A DNA stretch of 64,000 nt from contig OZ296654.1 of NCBI GenBank assembly GCA_965655095.1, positions 76,756,001-76,820,000 on the forward strand, in the 5' to 3' direction. The stretch comes from Haplodiscus bocki. Lineage: Eukaryota. Of this stretch, positions 42,601 through 52,599 are shown in pieces; within the stretch, counting starts at the first letter, position 1; each line of letters starts with the position of its first letter. Under the pieces are notes generated by a model. It was not told the DNA's origin, made no database searches, and saw only the letters and a list, made by a program, of their open reading frames with translations. A program made the translations under genes and the position numbers.

Positions 42601-44872
42601 TTTTGGGGGCTTTTGAGCTGCAAAAATATAGGAAGAACCTGATATAATTGAAACAAATTCGATGATGTTCTTGTGAAAGAACGGGATCTGTTGCTATAAA
42701 AAACGTTTCAAGTGCTTTCCAGTAGTATACAATCTACTTCGTCAGTTTTCCAAAAACTTTTGTTCTTTGACCTCGCAAAACGCCTTGCTGACAAAACATC
42801 GAGCGAGCTAGAAATTAGAATAAAAACACAGTCAAAACATAGGTTGCTTTTCTTTTTCTCTAGTCTATGAAAAATGACAATCAATAGTAATTCTGAACAA
42901 AGTTTGTTGTGTTTTTCAAGAAATGTGACAACATGGAGTTCCAAATACTAAAAGACACTAATTTACAATCCGAGAGGCAGTTTCGAACTCAGTTTCGAAA
43001 CCGAGTGAGACATCAGCTAATTTTTGCAAGGAACACTTCAATGGAGGGCAAAACTCAATCTCACAACAAATGGTAGCAGACTCCCAAGATGCAGACAAAC
43101 AACTATAGCGGAATCACAAAGCGGTTGAACCTGTGAATCGCTGAAAGGCAAAAGAAGTGTAAGACTGTGCGTTGCTACCATATGGACAAACCAATGGCTG
43201 ATGATACTTGTATATTGCAATGTCCGAAGGTTTTATTCTATTAACATAGCCAGAAAACAAACAAAAAAAGATTTGTCTAGTTTGGTTAAAAAAATGACTT
43301 AAAAATGATATGTATGGAAAAATTTCTCGCAAATTTCAACAACGAACATGAGGCAGTTTACATTTCTCACTGTTTCAAGTCCCTCTCTCCATTTTTGTTA
43401 TTTGAAAGGAAACCTTAACAAACAACAACAATGTTCGGCAAAACTTGAAACACTTTTGAAGACTTGGGCCAGCGATAGCTCTCTCAGTCTTAACAACCTT
43501 TGCAAGAAAAAAGATTCATAGAGTGTGAACGATATAAGAACCGGTCAGAAAAGAAATTACAAAAAGAGGAAGGTTCAAGCCGTAAGTGAACAAGGTTGTC
43601 TCCAAACTTTTTTAACGAAACATTTCTGCAACGACAAGAAAAAAAATGACCCCTTCACGGCTCGACTAATGAAAGGAATTGAAAATTCAAATACCTTTCT
43701 CAGAAAAGTCGTTGTTTTAAACTGTCTCATCATGTTTTTCTGCTGAGAATTCAGAAGAATTGTAAAAAAGAACGATTCCAGTTTCTTTGAGTGAAGTTTC
43801 AGCGTGGGAGTCATTTTTGGAAGATGGACGAACAGAAGCTGCCAAGAGACCGCAGAAATACCTTTTTTGCCCACCTTCGAGGCACCAAAAGAGCTCATCT
43901 TCGAAAACATCCAGGAAAAACGGCAGAAGTTTAAATTTCAATGGTCGTTATAAGGATTGCAGGATGCATTTTTGATCGAAGTTCAAGAATGCTGAGAAAC
44001 CAGAATGATTGGAAAAATTGGCAAGGTATGATCTAAATTACCGCAACAAAAACCAGAAGCAGTTGACAATTCTATGTTCCAGGGTCAACTTTTTCTTTGG
44101 TCGAAGGTAGGTTTGCGTTTGAAAAGTGTTCTAGAAGGCAAAAAAAGAAGATTGGAGTCGAAGTTGAAGAGTTATGTTGTCTTCTTTAACTTACCATAAA
44201 GCACCAAAAAACCCGTCATTTTTCCAATATGTGAAATAATTTGCAACTTTGGAAAAATGTAGCTTTTTAGGGGCTTTTGAGCTGCAAAAACTTAGGAATA
44301 ACCTGACATAATCGAAACATTTTTGGTGATGTTCTTGTGACAGAACGGGATTTGTTGCTATAAAAAACGTTTCAAGTGCTTTCCAGTAGGAGACAATCTA
44401 CTTCGTCAGTTTTCCAAAAACTTTTGTTCTTTGACCTTGCAAAACGCCTTGGTGACAAAACATCGAGCAAGCTAGAAATTAGAATAAAAACACAGTCAAA
44501 ACATAGGTTGCTTTTCTTTTTCTCTAGTCTATGAAAAATCACAATCAATAGTATTTCTGAACAAAGTTTGTTGTGTCTTCAAAAAAGTGACAACATGGAG
44601 TTCCAAAACCTAAAAAACACTAACTTACAATCAAAGATGCAGATTTGAACTAAGTTCAAAACCGAGTGAGACATCTGCTGCTAGTTACTACAAAGAAAAG
44701 TTCGTTGGAGAGCAAAAATCAACCCCACAACATATGGCAACAGACTCAGAAGATACTGACAAACAACTATAGCAGAATCATATTAATGGTTGAAGCTCTG
44801 CGTCACTGAAAGACAAAGAAAGTATGTGAGTCTGCGTCGGTACCATATCGACAAACCAATGGGTGTTGATAC
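9689..44872 (+). repeat. Tandem array (macrosatellite) of 21 head-to-tail ~1.69-kb units
   Basis: A marker of the form gtgagacatcagct recurs at about 11074, 12754, 14432, 16119, 17807, 19493, 21181, 22866, 24551, 26243, 27929, 29615, 31303, 32989, 34680, 36369, 37992, 39615, 41310, 43005 and 44665. Spacing is mostly 1678-1695 bp, 1623 bp for two deleted copies and ~1660 bp for the last. The same short ORFs recur with this period in the ORF track. Confidence 0.98.
11340..12995 (+). pseudogene. Representative array unit: decayed C-terminal half of a Polinton-type pPolB
   Basis: Collinear remnants, in shifting frames: VDGSS 11442 (VGGPS); KFK(P/T)..NK 11658; FLQQQ 11711; QRKIISFN 11788 (QKKIDCF); SLSE..RG..IDE 11876; (E/G)APTEL-IFKTLV 11971 (EVPEEL..IFKNTLV); TPLLF 12175; LANCSF 12344 (motif B LANSSY); AI..KMF 12451; FVPRH(C/G) 12517 (FFPRTC); DLNxVLEPS 12729 (GLNKRVLEQS); TNNFS 12844; VAT-YGQ 11240/12920 (VATYEQ); PKI-ESNNI 12973 (PKRIVESDGI). 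Several have counterparts in the in-window pPolB at 62.7-64 kb (TPLL, SNSSYG, FPRTC, VATYEQ). Confidence 0.7.
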
Positions 44873-45449
44873 GCTCAAGTCCAGTTGTTGGAGAAAAAAA
44901 AACGCAAAATCCCTCAACAAATTGTGTGTGAACTAAAAATTTTATTAAGATTCAAATCTACTGATTGTAAAATTTCTCTATACGTTACAGTTACTGCTAA
45001 TGAGCACCTTTGCAAGGTTTTCAAAAATTTATATTGCAATTTCTCAGTCTCAGTCAATTCTTTTCCTGTTCCTCGCGGAATGAGCTGCAGCGGAGAAAAA
45101 ACTTTCTTCTCAAGCGAAAATCAAAACTGGGACATTATCTTCTAGTATGGACGACTCCAAAATCTTCTCCCAAGAAAATCACGTTGAGTGTACTCGAAAT
45201 GCAACAGCTACCGTCCATTGAGAGAACTGATCAAAAATAAGAGATCTCGTGCCGACAAAAGACAATTCATATTGATAGATGAGACAAATGTGTATTTTTC
45301 ACAGCTGATACAGACAATTTAGTCATTGTTCTATACAGTATTTGCAACATTTTGTCCCGCAAAGAATGGGACAGCAATATATAACTGGCAAATAACCAGA
45401 AGCACTTGGCGAAAACAGTTTATTTATTGAGTTACAGTGACCTTTTTGA

Positions 45450-45850
45450 AAGCTGTGCATTGTATTGGATCAAACAACAGTTCCTAATTGGAACAATTTT
45501 CATCAAGGAAGGATGTTTTTATTCCAGTGAACTCGTCTCGGTCTTTTTCGCTCCTAAAACTGTCATTTGAACGCAATAGTGTCCGCAAAAGTTTTTGAGT
45601 AAAGTATGGTACTGTTGGAACGAAAACAACTCTTAACATAAGTTGGACCAAAAACTTTCACGAGCGGGTTCATTAGTTAAGGAAACTTGTACTCGGACTT
45701 TTTGTTATAGCATTACAAAGTATGCAGACTACATGCAAAACAACACGATGCTGTTAAAGCAGTACTTTCACATTCTGGCACAAAAGATGGGTTGCTGATG
45801 CAAGATTGGACGATGTCCAAAGTCATGCTTGCCTGCTCACTTGAATGGAC
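45450..45850 (+). pseudogene. Polinton accessory ORF, copy 1 (possible DEDD/RNase H-like fold)
   Basis: CIVLD..., FIKE..., FFAPK and a C-terminal CPKV remnant (tgtccaaagtc ~45825). It resembles the adjacent copy 2. Confidence 0.35.
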
Positions 45851-45914
45851 TAAAAATTTGCTTTTACGTGAAAGTGTATTTTCGTTTCAATTTTTATTTC
45901 TGTCGATTTTTGAA

Positions 45915-46350
45915 ACAAGACTTCTGCTAGACTTTGAACTAGCAGGTAAAAACAGAACGAGAAAAGTGCAAACTTGTAACAATGGGATTGTTCAGGGATA
46001 GTCATTCCGTGCTCCGAAAACGTAGAATCCCATAAAACAAACGTTCCGGTGCAGAAGAATTTGGCAGGGAATTGTGCGGAAGGGTGGATATTTGGAAATC
46101 AGTGAACTCTCAAACTTTCTCCCGAAGACGCAAAGGCTTGATGGTTTGCAAAAAAAATGAGATAAAAAAAATTTAGCAGATTTTTCAGATAGAGAGGTAT
46201 AATTTTCGGACGATCAGAGCTGCCACAAGTGTCAAGGTCTTGTAGAACCTAAAACAGATGTATGATTGCGGATTTGTTCAAGTTAACCATTCCAACACAA
46301 GACTCCCTTCTCTGCGCAGAAAACCCAGAAGAATACTTGTTTATTGACAA
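45915..46350 (+). pseudogene. Polinton accessory ORF, copy 2 (possible DEDD/RNase H-like fold)
   Basis: Translates as LLLDFELAGKN...VQG*SFRAPK...KQTFRC...GIV...SELSNFLP...DDQSCHKCQGLV...ICSS*PFQHKT. This matches my recollection of a small ORF family found between pPolB and ATPase in invertebrate Polintons. Confidence 0.55.
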
Positions 46351-46729
46351 GACAAGGTCGCAACAAAAGCTGTATATTTCGTAATAGGAAATGTATTGTC
46401 TCTATCTACGTAATGAAACCTTCTAAAACAAATCAATTTTCCATAATGACTCAATCTGGAGAAACAGAGTAAAACGGGTTATTTGATTATCAAAATGTTT
46501 AAACTCTAGTCAAAATGCCTGTGGATTCAACAGTCAAAAAAGCAAGCCGTGGTCTTGTTAGGGACAACTGTGTTGCAGATCTTTGACTGTTTTTCTCATG
46601 TTTCTGCCAATTTGTTCATCGTGTTTGGTTCTTCTTGTAGAAATCATCTATCATTTGTTTTCAGAGAATCAACTGTTGCAATGTGAACTTTGTATCGTGC
46701 AGCAGGATACGTTCACCTTGGCGAAGACC

Positions 46730-47480
46730 AGGAACAAGTTTATATCCACAAAGAATCGCATCTTCAAATCTGTGGTTCGACCGTCGGAAAAGAAAAAAAC
46801 AACTCAATCACAATTGATTAAATTGTGGAACCCTCCATTTACAGAAAAGGCAAAAACCACTTCTTCTATCAACACCGGCATCCACTTCCCGACGCCATGG
46901 AAAAAAAAGAAATTTTGAGTTTGTCCGATGTGTAACTTTTGAGTTTATCGACTCGTTGAAAAACCGAAGTAAAAACACTTGGTAATTTGTGACACTTCAT
47001 GTGAACAGTTTTGCAACTCGAAAGTTTTTGTTGATAGTACCGCAAGTGTAGAACACCGCAAATTGAGTATTGAATACTATAGGCACTGATGTGTGGCTAC
47101 GCTGGGTTTTGGATCAGAACATTTCGATTGACTTTAAGACGCAGTGTCTGTTACCCATTGTCAACTTCTTACTGACCTTTTGCCCACACCAGATGATCAA
47201 TTAGGATACTCTTTTATCACCCCGACCGATGGAAACAAGAAAAATTCCAACAACGAACACACAACACACAAAAACTTCCACCCTGTAATTTTTCCTATCG
47301 TTTTGTTGCAGGTGCAAAAACTGTTCATTTCACTTGCCCAAAAAGTTCCCGTGTTCCATGCGAAAAACCCTAGAAAAAAAAGAAAACAAAACACTAAGCT
47401 TGTTTTTAAAACAACGAAAAACAAAGTGCTCTTTCTGGAAAGAACAACTTGGGAGGGGAAACCAAATGTTTTCCCGCCTG
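46730..47480 (+). pseudogene. Polinton A32/FtsK-like genome-packaging ATPase (decayed, internal deletion)
   Basis: NKFISTKNRIFKSVVRPSEKKKT (decayed Walker A, cf. GPSxxGKS); EFIDSLKN; LVICDTSCE ~46978 (Walker B, cf. LLIFDDSCE); downstream LGFGSE...LLTDLLPTPDDQLGY. Confidence 0.85.
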
Positions 47481-47539
47481 AAATGCCTAACAAATAATGA
47501 AAGTATTTTTACTTCTTGTCCCTGGACATTAGTTTTATC

Positions 47540-47935
47540 AAGGAATACTCTATTTTTTCCCTGCTTTTGTGTACATAAAACCTTGACTACGCAATCCTTC
47601 GCCAAAGAGGAACTTCTACATGAAGTAGCCTAAACAACATCCCACTTACCAACTTGATTTGCTTAAGAAAGAAAGAAAAACAAAAAATTTTTGCCAAAGC
47701 TGACTAATTGATGAATGAAAACTTTTGTCCTTGCTTTATGTTTTCAAAATCCCCAATCAAAAGCATTAGTTGGTGTAGAAACCAGAATTTCACTTTGCTG
47801 AAAAGTTGCGTTGCAATGATTTAGGTTTTCCAGTAATTGACATTACTTGACTCGCCGGTAAACCTCCAGCTGTGTTTATGAATGATAGTCCCGAAGCCCA
47901 ACAAAGAAGAACATGGGTCTCATCAAAATCAGAAT
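47540..47935 (+). pseudogene. Conserved Polinton hypothetical ORF upstream of integrase
   Basis: Remnants LTTQSFAKEEL, PTYQLDLLKK, FAKAD, GVET and a C-terminal RTWV..KI. Its position between ATPase and integrase fits my recollection of this ORF family. Confidence 0.5.
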
Positions 47936-48736
47936 TTCAAAAGCTGCGAAAACTGTACACACAAGTTGGTGCTCGTAATGGGTGTGTGTACAACTGAGTG
48001 AAAACTAACAGACTACCAGTTTGAACTCTGAGAGAAGTTTTTGCAAGCACCAGTTTCCGACACAAAGATGCCACTGAAAGTTTCTGATAGATTCAAAAGT
48101 GAACTTCAGTCCAGTTAGCTGGTATAATGTGAGGATTTAGAAAAAAATTTGAACGGTATAAAGTTTTCACTAGTCAGGAAAAACTTGTGGCCTTTTAACG
48201 ATCCTAACTAAAAAAAGTCAACTCAACAACTTTGGAAACGATAAGTTTAAAAAAAACTAATGGAGAACTTGAAACAAATCAGTGTCGATTGACTTCAAAA
48301 CCACTCTCCGAAGAGTGCGACAACGGCAGCATTTATTGAACATGGCGAATGTTGAAAAACAGTTTGAACCCTTACAGAGAACACTATGGTAACAAGTCCA
48401 ATAAAAAAATTGTTTTGTTCATCTCAACTCTGATTTTTCGACAAAAATGTTTAATCCACTCGATGTCAAAGAATTTCAAAAGTTCCAATTTTTTATCCAC
48501 TCTGTACAGTATATCACCCAAAAGCACAGATAAACAAAACTTCAAATTGAAGACACAGTTCGCATTTCCAGGTTTGATATAAACTTCAGGAACGGCCACA
48601 AGCTACCGTTCACGAGAAGAGTTGAATTATTTGTTGCCATTTGTTCCAGAAAACACCCAGCATACACAATATTGGACAAACAAGATGAACATAACCGCAA
48701 ACATTCAGTTGAAAACAGTTGACTAAAGTCATTTAA
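47930..48736 (+). pseudogene. Retroviral-like (rve) integrase of Polinton A
   Basis: KLRKLYTQ at the N-terminus; TTAAFIE..LKNSLNPYREHYG (cf. KAAFAERxIRSLKNILYRYMEDYG); KNFKSSNFLSTLYS; CSRKHPAYTILDKQDE (cf. PPTYTIKDEQDE). Confidence 0.85.
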
Positions 48737-48738
48737 CT

Positions 48739-49555
48739 ATGAAATAATTTGAAAAAGACTTGGTTTCTAATGGATCAGCACAACTTTTTCCGGACAAAAC
48801 TCTCTGCTTCCACAAATACTCCAGTTCACAAACACTCTGCTGAATCAACTTAGCCTGTAGGGCAAATGAGAGGAGCTAATTTAGGAAAATCGGTACTCAA
48901 TACTACACCAAAACAAAGAGAATTTTAGGTTTTCGATACAAATTTTTCAAACTAATTAGAAATCAACTACTTGGCTCCAGGATTCTACTCCTGTTCTAGT
49001 GATATTGCGGAAGCCACGAAAATGTTCATTCAAGAGAGTCAATCACTCCGAAAGTTAAGTTCTATCATGGTCTAAATGTCTGAGTGAACGCAAAAAAAAG
49101 TGAGCTTACCTCACAAATTAAGGATTCGGTTTCAAATTTTTCAGTTCAGGCCCAGTTCACATTTTTAAACCAATGTCAGCAATGATTTTGCAGTAACATT
49201 GAGAAAAAGAGGACACCACAATCTGATTCTTCTGAAAAATTTGTCTGAATAAACTTTTCCATGTTTACACAAACCTAATTGAGTGAAAGTTTGTTGGTGA
49301 TAGAAATGTTCCGCTTTGCTGCGTTGTTTTGCCTTTTTTTCAAATCTAAAAGCAAGGAAAACTACATGTATGGGGAATTACATGAACTGTCACACATTTA
49401 ATAACCTAAAAGTTAGCTTGCTACGAATAATTATCTTAATAGTGTTCAGGTTGACATAGACTTGAAAGACACGAACCATAAAAACACCCCTTGATCTGCC
49501 GCGTCTTTGCGACTGGCTTCAATGTTCTATAAAACCTTCCGTTATTTATTTATAA
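48739..49555 (+). pseudogene. Minor capsid protein (penton-like)
   Basis: Starts MK*FEKDLVSNGSAQLFPDKTL (cf. F.I.LxSNASxxxFPxNTL), followed by GQ*E.. and PGFYSCSSDIAEA (cf. PGLYxSITDIVEA). Immediately follows the integrase stop. Confidence 0.8.
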
Positions 49556-49573
49556 CGAGTAAAAGAACACAAG

Positions 49574-49900
49574 ATGGCTGCTTGAAGACCAATAGGGAAT
49601 CGATACTATACAAGCCTGGGTTGGCAGTGGGGAAGGTGACTTGGTGCACCTGCAGAAATTAGTTGGTGAACAGTGATTGAGCAAAGAGGTAGTCACAGCT
49701 GCTAAAAGTGTCGGTGCTAATTCACTCGAGTTTCCTGCTCCATAGTCGAAATTTCGGGTGCATTAACAAAACAGCTGCTGAGTTAGAGGGTAAACAAAGA
49801 CTCAGGAACCAACTGCTTAATGAGAGTCAGGAGAGGACAATCACAACGAAAACATCCTAACAAACAAGCCAGTCGATCTCGTGGAGACTTTTTGATGACC
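49574..49900 (+). pseudogene. Small basic QRGxG-motif virion protein (pX/pVII-like)
   Basis: YYTSLGWQWGR*LGA (cf. YYxGxGRQRGRGFGA) and AAKSVGANSLEF. Lies between penton and major capsid. Confidence 0.65.
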
Positions 49901-49911
49901 GTTTTTCGGTC

Positions 49912-51235
49912 ATGTCAAGTCAAAGTAAATCTCGGTCCCGAGCTTGTGTGGAAGGTTTTGCAGATTTTGGAGAGAATGTTGCAGTAGTTGACAACGTCTG
50001 GTCATACCACGACCAAGAAACTCACCCTACTACCTGGCTTCATGAAAACACCTTAGTGTTTGAACTTCAACTGAATTGAATCTTTTGCGTTTTTTGACGC
50101 GTTCTCCAATGTTGAGGAAGAATATGGTCCGAGAAAAAAATGATTACAACAAAACCACAGAAATTGAAAAAAGATAGCAAAGGAGAATGAAAAGAAGCTG
50201 GCGGCATCAATTACTGAAGTGGGGAACATACTCTAGTTCCGCAATGTTCTCCTATGAACAACTTTTTGCATCCAGTTTCTTTCGAAACCTTCAAGTGTGC
50301 ATCAACAAAGTGCAATTCAATTGGACTCGATCTGCACAGTTGCTACAAGTACAACAATTTCAAAGTAGCCACCTGGTTGAACATAGGAGTCTTGCATTCT
50401 GAAGGCTATGATTAGGAGGAAGCTAAAAAGCTACCGATAATATTCTTGAGGTATCATTGTCGGAAACTCCCTATGTAGGGGGAACAAAATGCTTAGTTTA
50501 TTTATGATTTCATGTTATATGGTAAATTGAACGTTGACGTTGTCTCAACTTCTGACTTGCTTTCTCCATATTTGAACGTTAAGTTACGTTTAATCAGAGC
50601 CAAAGCTAATTTTTAAATGAAAACCGACAACCGCAAGGTTAGGTTTTTAAAAATGCCTTGTTCGATTTACCCACAACGTACTGCTTTCCAGACAGCTACT
50701 CACAAAACAAGATTGGATGTGCTTTTAATTACCCCCGGGGAAGACAGATATCTGCTGACTACCTGTAAGTTTCCTCCTAGACACAACCAATTCAACCAAT
50801 AAAGCAATTCAGCAAGGCTTTAGTTCATCGAGTTGCTAACTTGCTATTGCAATTAAAACAACTTCTGCTTTCACTGCATAGTTTACTGAACAGCCAATCT
50901 GGTATCAATTTTTTGATCTCCAGTGGTTTAGATTACTCAGAAGAAGTCAAGTACTTGAAGACTTTGACACTGCTGATTGATGCGACAGTCTTCAAAACGA
51001 TATCCCCTCAACTCTTCTTGACAATTCCTAACACCACGATGCAGCAGTAATCAGTTTGACCTCAATGCAAGATGCTACTCAAAATTGTTATTTCCTTGAA
51101 ACAGCTCAAGAACCACTGGGACTGGAGTTGAACTCTACTTTTCCTGTGGAACACGTTAGTGAACTCAAAGTATTGGCAGAACCAGTGTATTTGCTTGCAA
51201 TTGACAAGTGTGGCAATATTCAAAGGCAAATTTAA
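49912..51235 (+). pseudogene. Major capsid protein (double jelly-roll) of Polinton A
   Basis: VAVVDNVWSYHDQETHPTTWLHENTLVFE near the N-terminus; LYGKLNVDVVSTSDLLSPYLNVKLRLIRA centrally; LTSMQDATQNCYFLETAQEPLGLELN...LAIDKCGNIQRQI* at the C-terminus. Confidence 0.85.
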
Positions 51236-51236
51236 A

Positions 51237-51606
51237 CTGGATACTGTTGCAGTCCTTCAATTAACCAATCGTACCCGTCTACTCAAAACACGGTGCCTCA
51301 GTCTATTCAGTGCATATCAGGTTCCAAATTTTGTCAGTCATAATTACGGCCCACATGGAACCATATAACCGGAAGGTGTCCATACGACAATCACGAATTG
51401 AAAGCATTTTGCACTCTCTCGGACGTAAAAAGTACAGTTTCTTCAAGCAACACTAATAGCAGGTGATGCCAGAAGCAGAAAATTCCCACTGATCATTTGT
51501 GGTTTGGACAGGAAATATGCAGTTTTCATTTGTTCAAGTTCCGACAAGAAAAAATACAGGAGTTCTTGATGTGAATGTGATATCATCCATGAGTATTACC
51601 ATGCAA
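51237..51606 (+). pseudogene. Adenain-like maturation cysteine protease of Polinton A
   Basis: LDTVAVLQLTNRTRLLK start, GVH (catalytic His region), SLGRKKYSF, ICGL (catalytic Cys region), FHLFKFRQE and DVNVISS. Directly follows the capsid stop. Confidence 0.8.
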
Positions 51607-52599
51607 TACTTTATTGTTTTCAGTGTGAAGGCGCAGTTGCTTTAATGTTTTTGCTTATGTTTATACCGCATAATTATCTCGCTTTATTTATTGCAACTTT
51701 TGTTTAAAGCGTTACGTCACTGCACTAACCATAACAATTAACCGCAGCGAAGTTTACTACCAGAAAGCGTAGTAACCAACCTCTGGCGTATTATGTTGTT
51801 CCGCACCGTATTTAATTTCGCCCGGCAGCGGACAACCTGGAAATTATTTTCTTCGAAAAATCAAGAACCACCGTCGATCAAGTGGTGTTGCTGAAGATAC
51901 TGCCACTTAACGGGAAGAAACATCAAGGATGTTATCTAGCCTGTTTTGCAGTCAGTGATGAAAATCGCGTCTTTGGAGTGGCAGAGAAAACTTCCAAACG
52001 GAACAGTCTTCCAAAAACGTGCCACAGGAATTGCCAAAGAAAGCAAAAGAAACCCGTAAGTGCTGAGAAAAAAGTTACGCAAACTGAGAAACGGTAAATC
52101 TGTCAGTAAAACCCAAAGTTTTTGATGGAGGCATTCATGGATCAGTTTTGGAAAGAAAAGTCGCAAACCTTGCATGAAAGCAAGGCTTCTGTAATCGAAG
52201 GTTGAGACAAAGCATTAAGCTTTGAGTGCATTTGCACAAATCGTTAGTCAATTGAAACATATTTCCTCTTTTCCTAAAAAACCAGAAGCAAAGATTGGAC
52301 TGGGAAGCAAAAAAGAGACGGAGAGGTCAACCTTGAGCCGGCTCAAATGCTGCTTCGAGTTCTATGCAATCTCCACCACAGTTAAGCTATTTTAATCTCA
52401 AGTTATCAATATTTTTCTATAGACCCAAGGTTGGGCGGAACGAACCTCCTAATTACCTACCGCGCCAAAAAAAGTTTTGAACACAATATAATCATCGTCA
52501 CTGAACGCGAAGTCGGTCCGCAATTCGAAAAACTTGATCGAAGTGAAAAACCAGACTTCAGACACAGCTGAGTTGTTTATACAGAAGACACATATATTA

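Larger units (their letters stand above)
45450..51610 (+). mobile_element. Polinton/Maverick (adintovirus-like) remnant A, + strand gene block
   Basis: Contiguous, co-oriented pseudogenes for ATPase, integrase, penton, pX-like protein, major capsid and protease, the hallmark Polinton module. Terminal inverted repeats were not identified. Confidence 0.9.

Noticed and set aside
10673-43975. Recurring 60-110 aa ORFs in the array (MRHQLVV..., MSQRCFAM..., MNSMLS...) as a functional multigene family
   Set aside because: They overlap on both strands, mostly use non-ATG starts and are broken by stops or frameshifts in many copies. Their recurrence simply follows the DNA repeat.
9689-44872. rDNA, 5S, histone or snRNA tandem cluster
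   Set aside because: I recognised no rRNA, tRNA, snRNA or histone sequence in the unit.
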